Program-made: the position numbers and the translations under genes | From: an uncultured delta proteobacterium | GTDB taxonomy: Bacteria > Myxococcota > Kuafuiibacteriia > Kuafuiibacteriales > Kuafuiibacteriaceae | DNA length: 64,000 bases | Assembly: GCA_963803435.1 (NCBI GenBank) | Contig: CAWDML010000009.1 | Location: 864,001 to 928,000 of the forward strand | Reading direction: 5' to 3' | Part shown: positions 62,797 to 64,000 of the stretch, piece by piece | How positions within the stretch are numbered: the stretch's first letter is position 1 | Layout of the letters: each line of letters starts with the position of its first letter | The notes under the pieces: model-generated | Told to the model about the DNA's origin: nothing | Database searches by the model: none | The model's input: the letters and a program-made list of their open reading frames with translations, nothing else

Positions 62797-64000
62797 TCAA
62801 TTGCACGGCTGGCAGAGCGAGCCGCCGCAGTCGATCTGCGTCTCGTCCTGATCGAGCAGGCCGTCGCTGCACAGCGTCGAGAACGAGCCGACCGTCACCT
62901 GCACCGGATCACCGTAGCGGACGGCCCAACGGTCGCCGGCCCAGGTGAGCGATGGGAGGGTGCCGTCGCCGACCACCACGCTGTCGACGAGCTGTAGGCT
63001 CGGCGAGACCAGCATGACCGCGACCCGCTCGACCGCGCCGTCGACGAAGTCGTAGGCGAGGGCGAACTCGAGGCCGTTATACGCGAGCACCGGCGGGGAG
63101 GAGGAGTAGACGCCGGCCGGCCCGATCGCCTGGTGTGAGCCGACGACGGTGCAGGTGGCCGGCGCGATCCGGACCATGTTGATCGAGTTGGTGGCGTTGA
63201 AGTACGCCGCCACGATGTCGGTGCCGTCGTACACCGAGGAGAGGAACGTGCCCTGCGCCGGGAAGCCGGCCAGCGCGCGATCGCTGCCGGCGATCAACGA
63301 GCCGTTGGCGCGCGTCCGCAGGCAGCGGACCTCGCCCGCGGACGAGTACAGCACCGTGTAGCCGGCGCCGGTGAAGTGGAGGTTCGGCTGGACGTCATCC
63401 GTGCCGTCGACCACGGTGAGCACCGAGAGGTTGCTGGCGACGCCGGTCGGGGAGACCTGGACGAAGCGCAATCGATCCGAAGCGGGGGCGTGGTCCCGGT
63501 ACACCAGGCCATAGGCGGCTCCGTTCCAGACCGGCCAGAAGTTGAGCGCGTTGCTGGCGACGTTCGTGATCTGCAGCGTCGAGGCCGCCGTCTCGCCTGC
63601 CCGGGCGAATCCGATGTTCATGCCGCTGGTGACGAAGAAGCCGAAGTCCGTGCCGTCGAACTCGATCGACTCGACGCCGAACGGTCCACCGCCGCCCGAG
63701 GCGACCGCAGGCCCCACCACCGGGTCGTCGAGGTCACGGGTGTTCGAGCCGATCACGGTGTCGCCGGCGGCGTCGAACCCGACCACGCCCAGGCGGGTGG
63801 TGCCCCAGCGGACGTTCTGGCGCTTGGTGACCTGCGTGCCCCCGAAGAGCATCGGATACGCTGTGGTGGCGAGGAAGGTCTGCTCGTCGTCGATCACGGT
63901 GAGGTCGAAGTCGCTGCTGGTCTCGGCTGCGATGTCGAGCGCCACCTCGACCTGCTCGGAGCGTGTGTCGGTGTCGTCGGCCGCGGTCACGGTGATGACG
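62797..64000 (-). CDS. C-terminal part of a large secreted beta-rich protein with a Cys-rich repeat (5' end beyond the window)
   Basis: Repeated W/F-[DN]-G-x-x-[FY] blades and terminal CSDGLLDQDETQIDCGGSLCQPC. Confidence 0.7.
   Translation of the reverse strand, partial: VITVTAADDTDTRSEQVEVALDIAAETSSDFDLTVIDDEQTFLATTAYPMLFGGTQVTKRQNVRWGTTRLGVVGFDAAGDTVIGSNTRDLDDPVVGPAVASGGGGPFGVESIEFDGTDFGFFVTSGMNIGFARAGETAASTLQITNVASNALNFWPVWNGAAYGLVYRDHAPASDRLRFVQVSPTGVASNLSVLTVVDGTDDVQPNLHFTGAGYTVLYSSAGEVRCLRTRANGSLIAGSDRALAGFPAQGTFLSSVYDGTDIVAAYFNATNSINMVRIAPATCTVVGSHQAIGPAGVYSSSPPVLAYNGLEFALAYDFVDGAVERVAVMLVSPSLQLVDSVVVGDGTLPSLTWAGDRWAVRYGDPVQVTVGSFSTLCSDGLLDQDETQIDCGGSLCQPCN

Overview
High-GC bacterial chromosome segment, most likely Myxococcota (MYXO-CTERM-like tail, myxobacterial Cys-rich repeat, HEAT/HD-GYP pair). 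About 11 single-base indels split otherwise conserved genes, which suggests long-read consensus errors rather than pseudogenes. Main contents: (1) a DAB-type inorganic carbon pump operon with DabA and two NuoL/NuoM-like membrane subunits; (2) two reciprocally deleted copies of a CTAG-flanked IS1182-family element carrying a four-helix-bundle passenger gene and long hexamer-repeat inverted ends (13454-14643, 37134-37731); (3) a tightly coupled 8-gene operon (18240-28587) with a soluble FtsH-like AAA+/M41 protease, a RavA/MoxR ATPase, a ViaA-like protein and several unknown proteins, resembling the computationally predicted FtsH ternary conflict systems; (4) a dGTPase coupled to a LigD whose ligase and phosphoesterase sites are degenerate; (5) a 2064-aa unknown protein; (6) a tandem Cu-SOD-like lipoprotein; (7) a cohesin-like lipoprotein next to a dockerin-tailed M1 peptidase; (8) an archaeal-type Rnl3 RNA ligase tail-to-tail with a protein-only RNase P (HARP) that has a signal-peptide-like extension; plus housekeeping and transport genes. 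No rRNA, tRNA or CRISPR array was found. All family calls come from motif recognition by eye; no database search was run.
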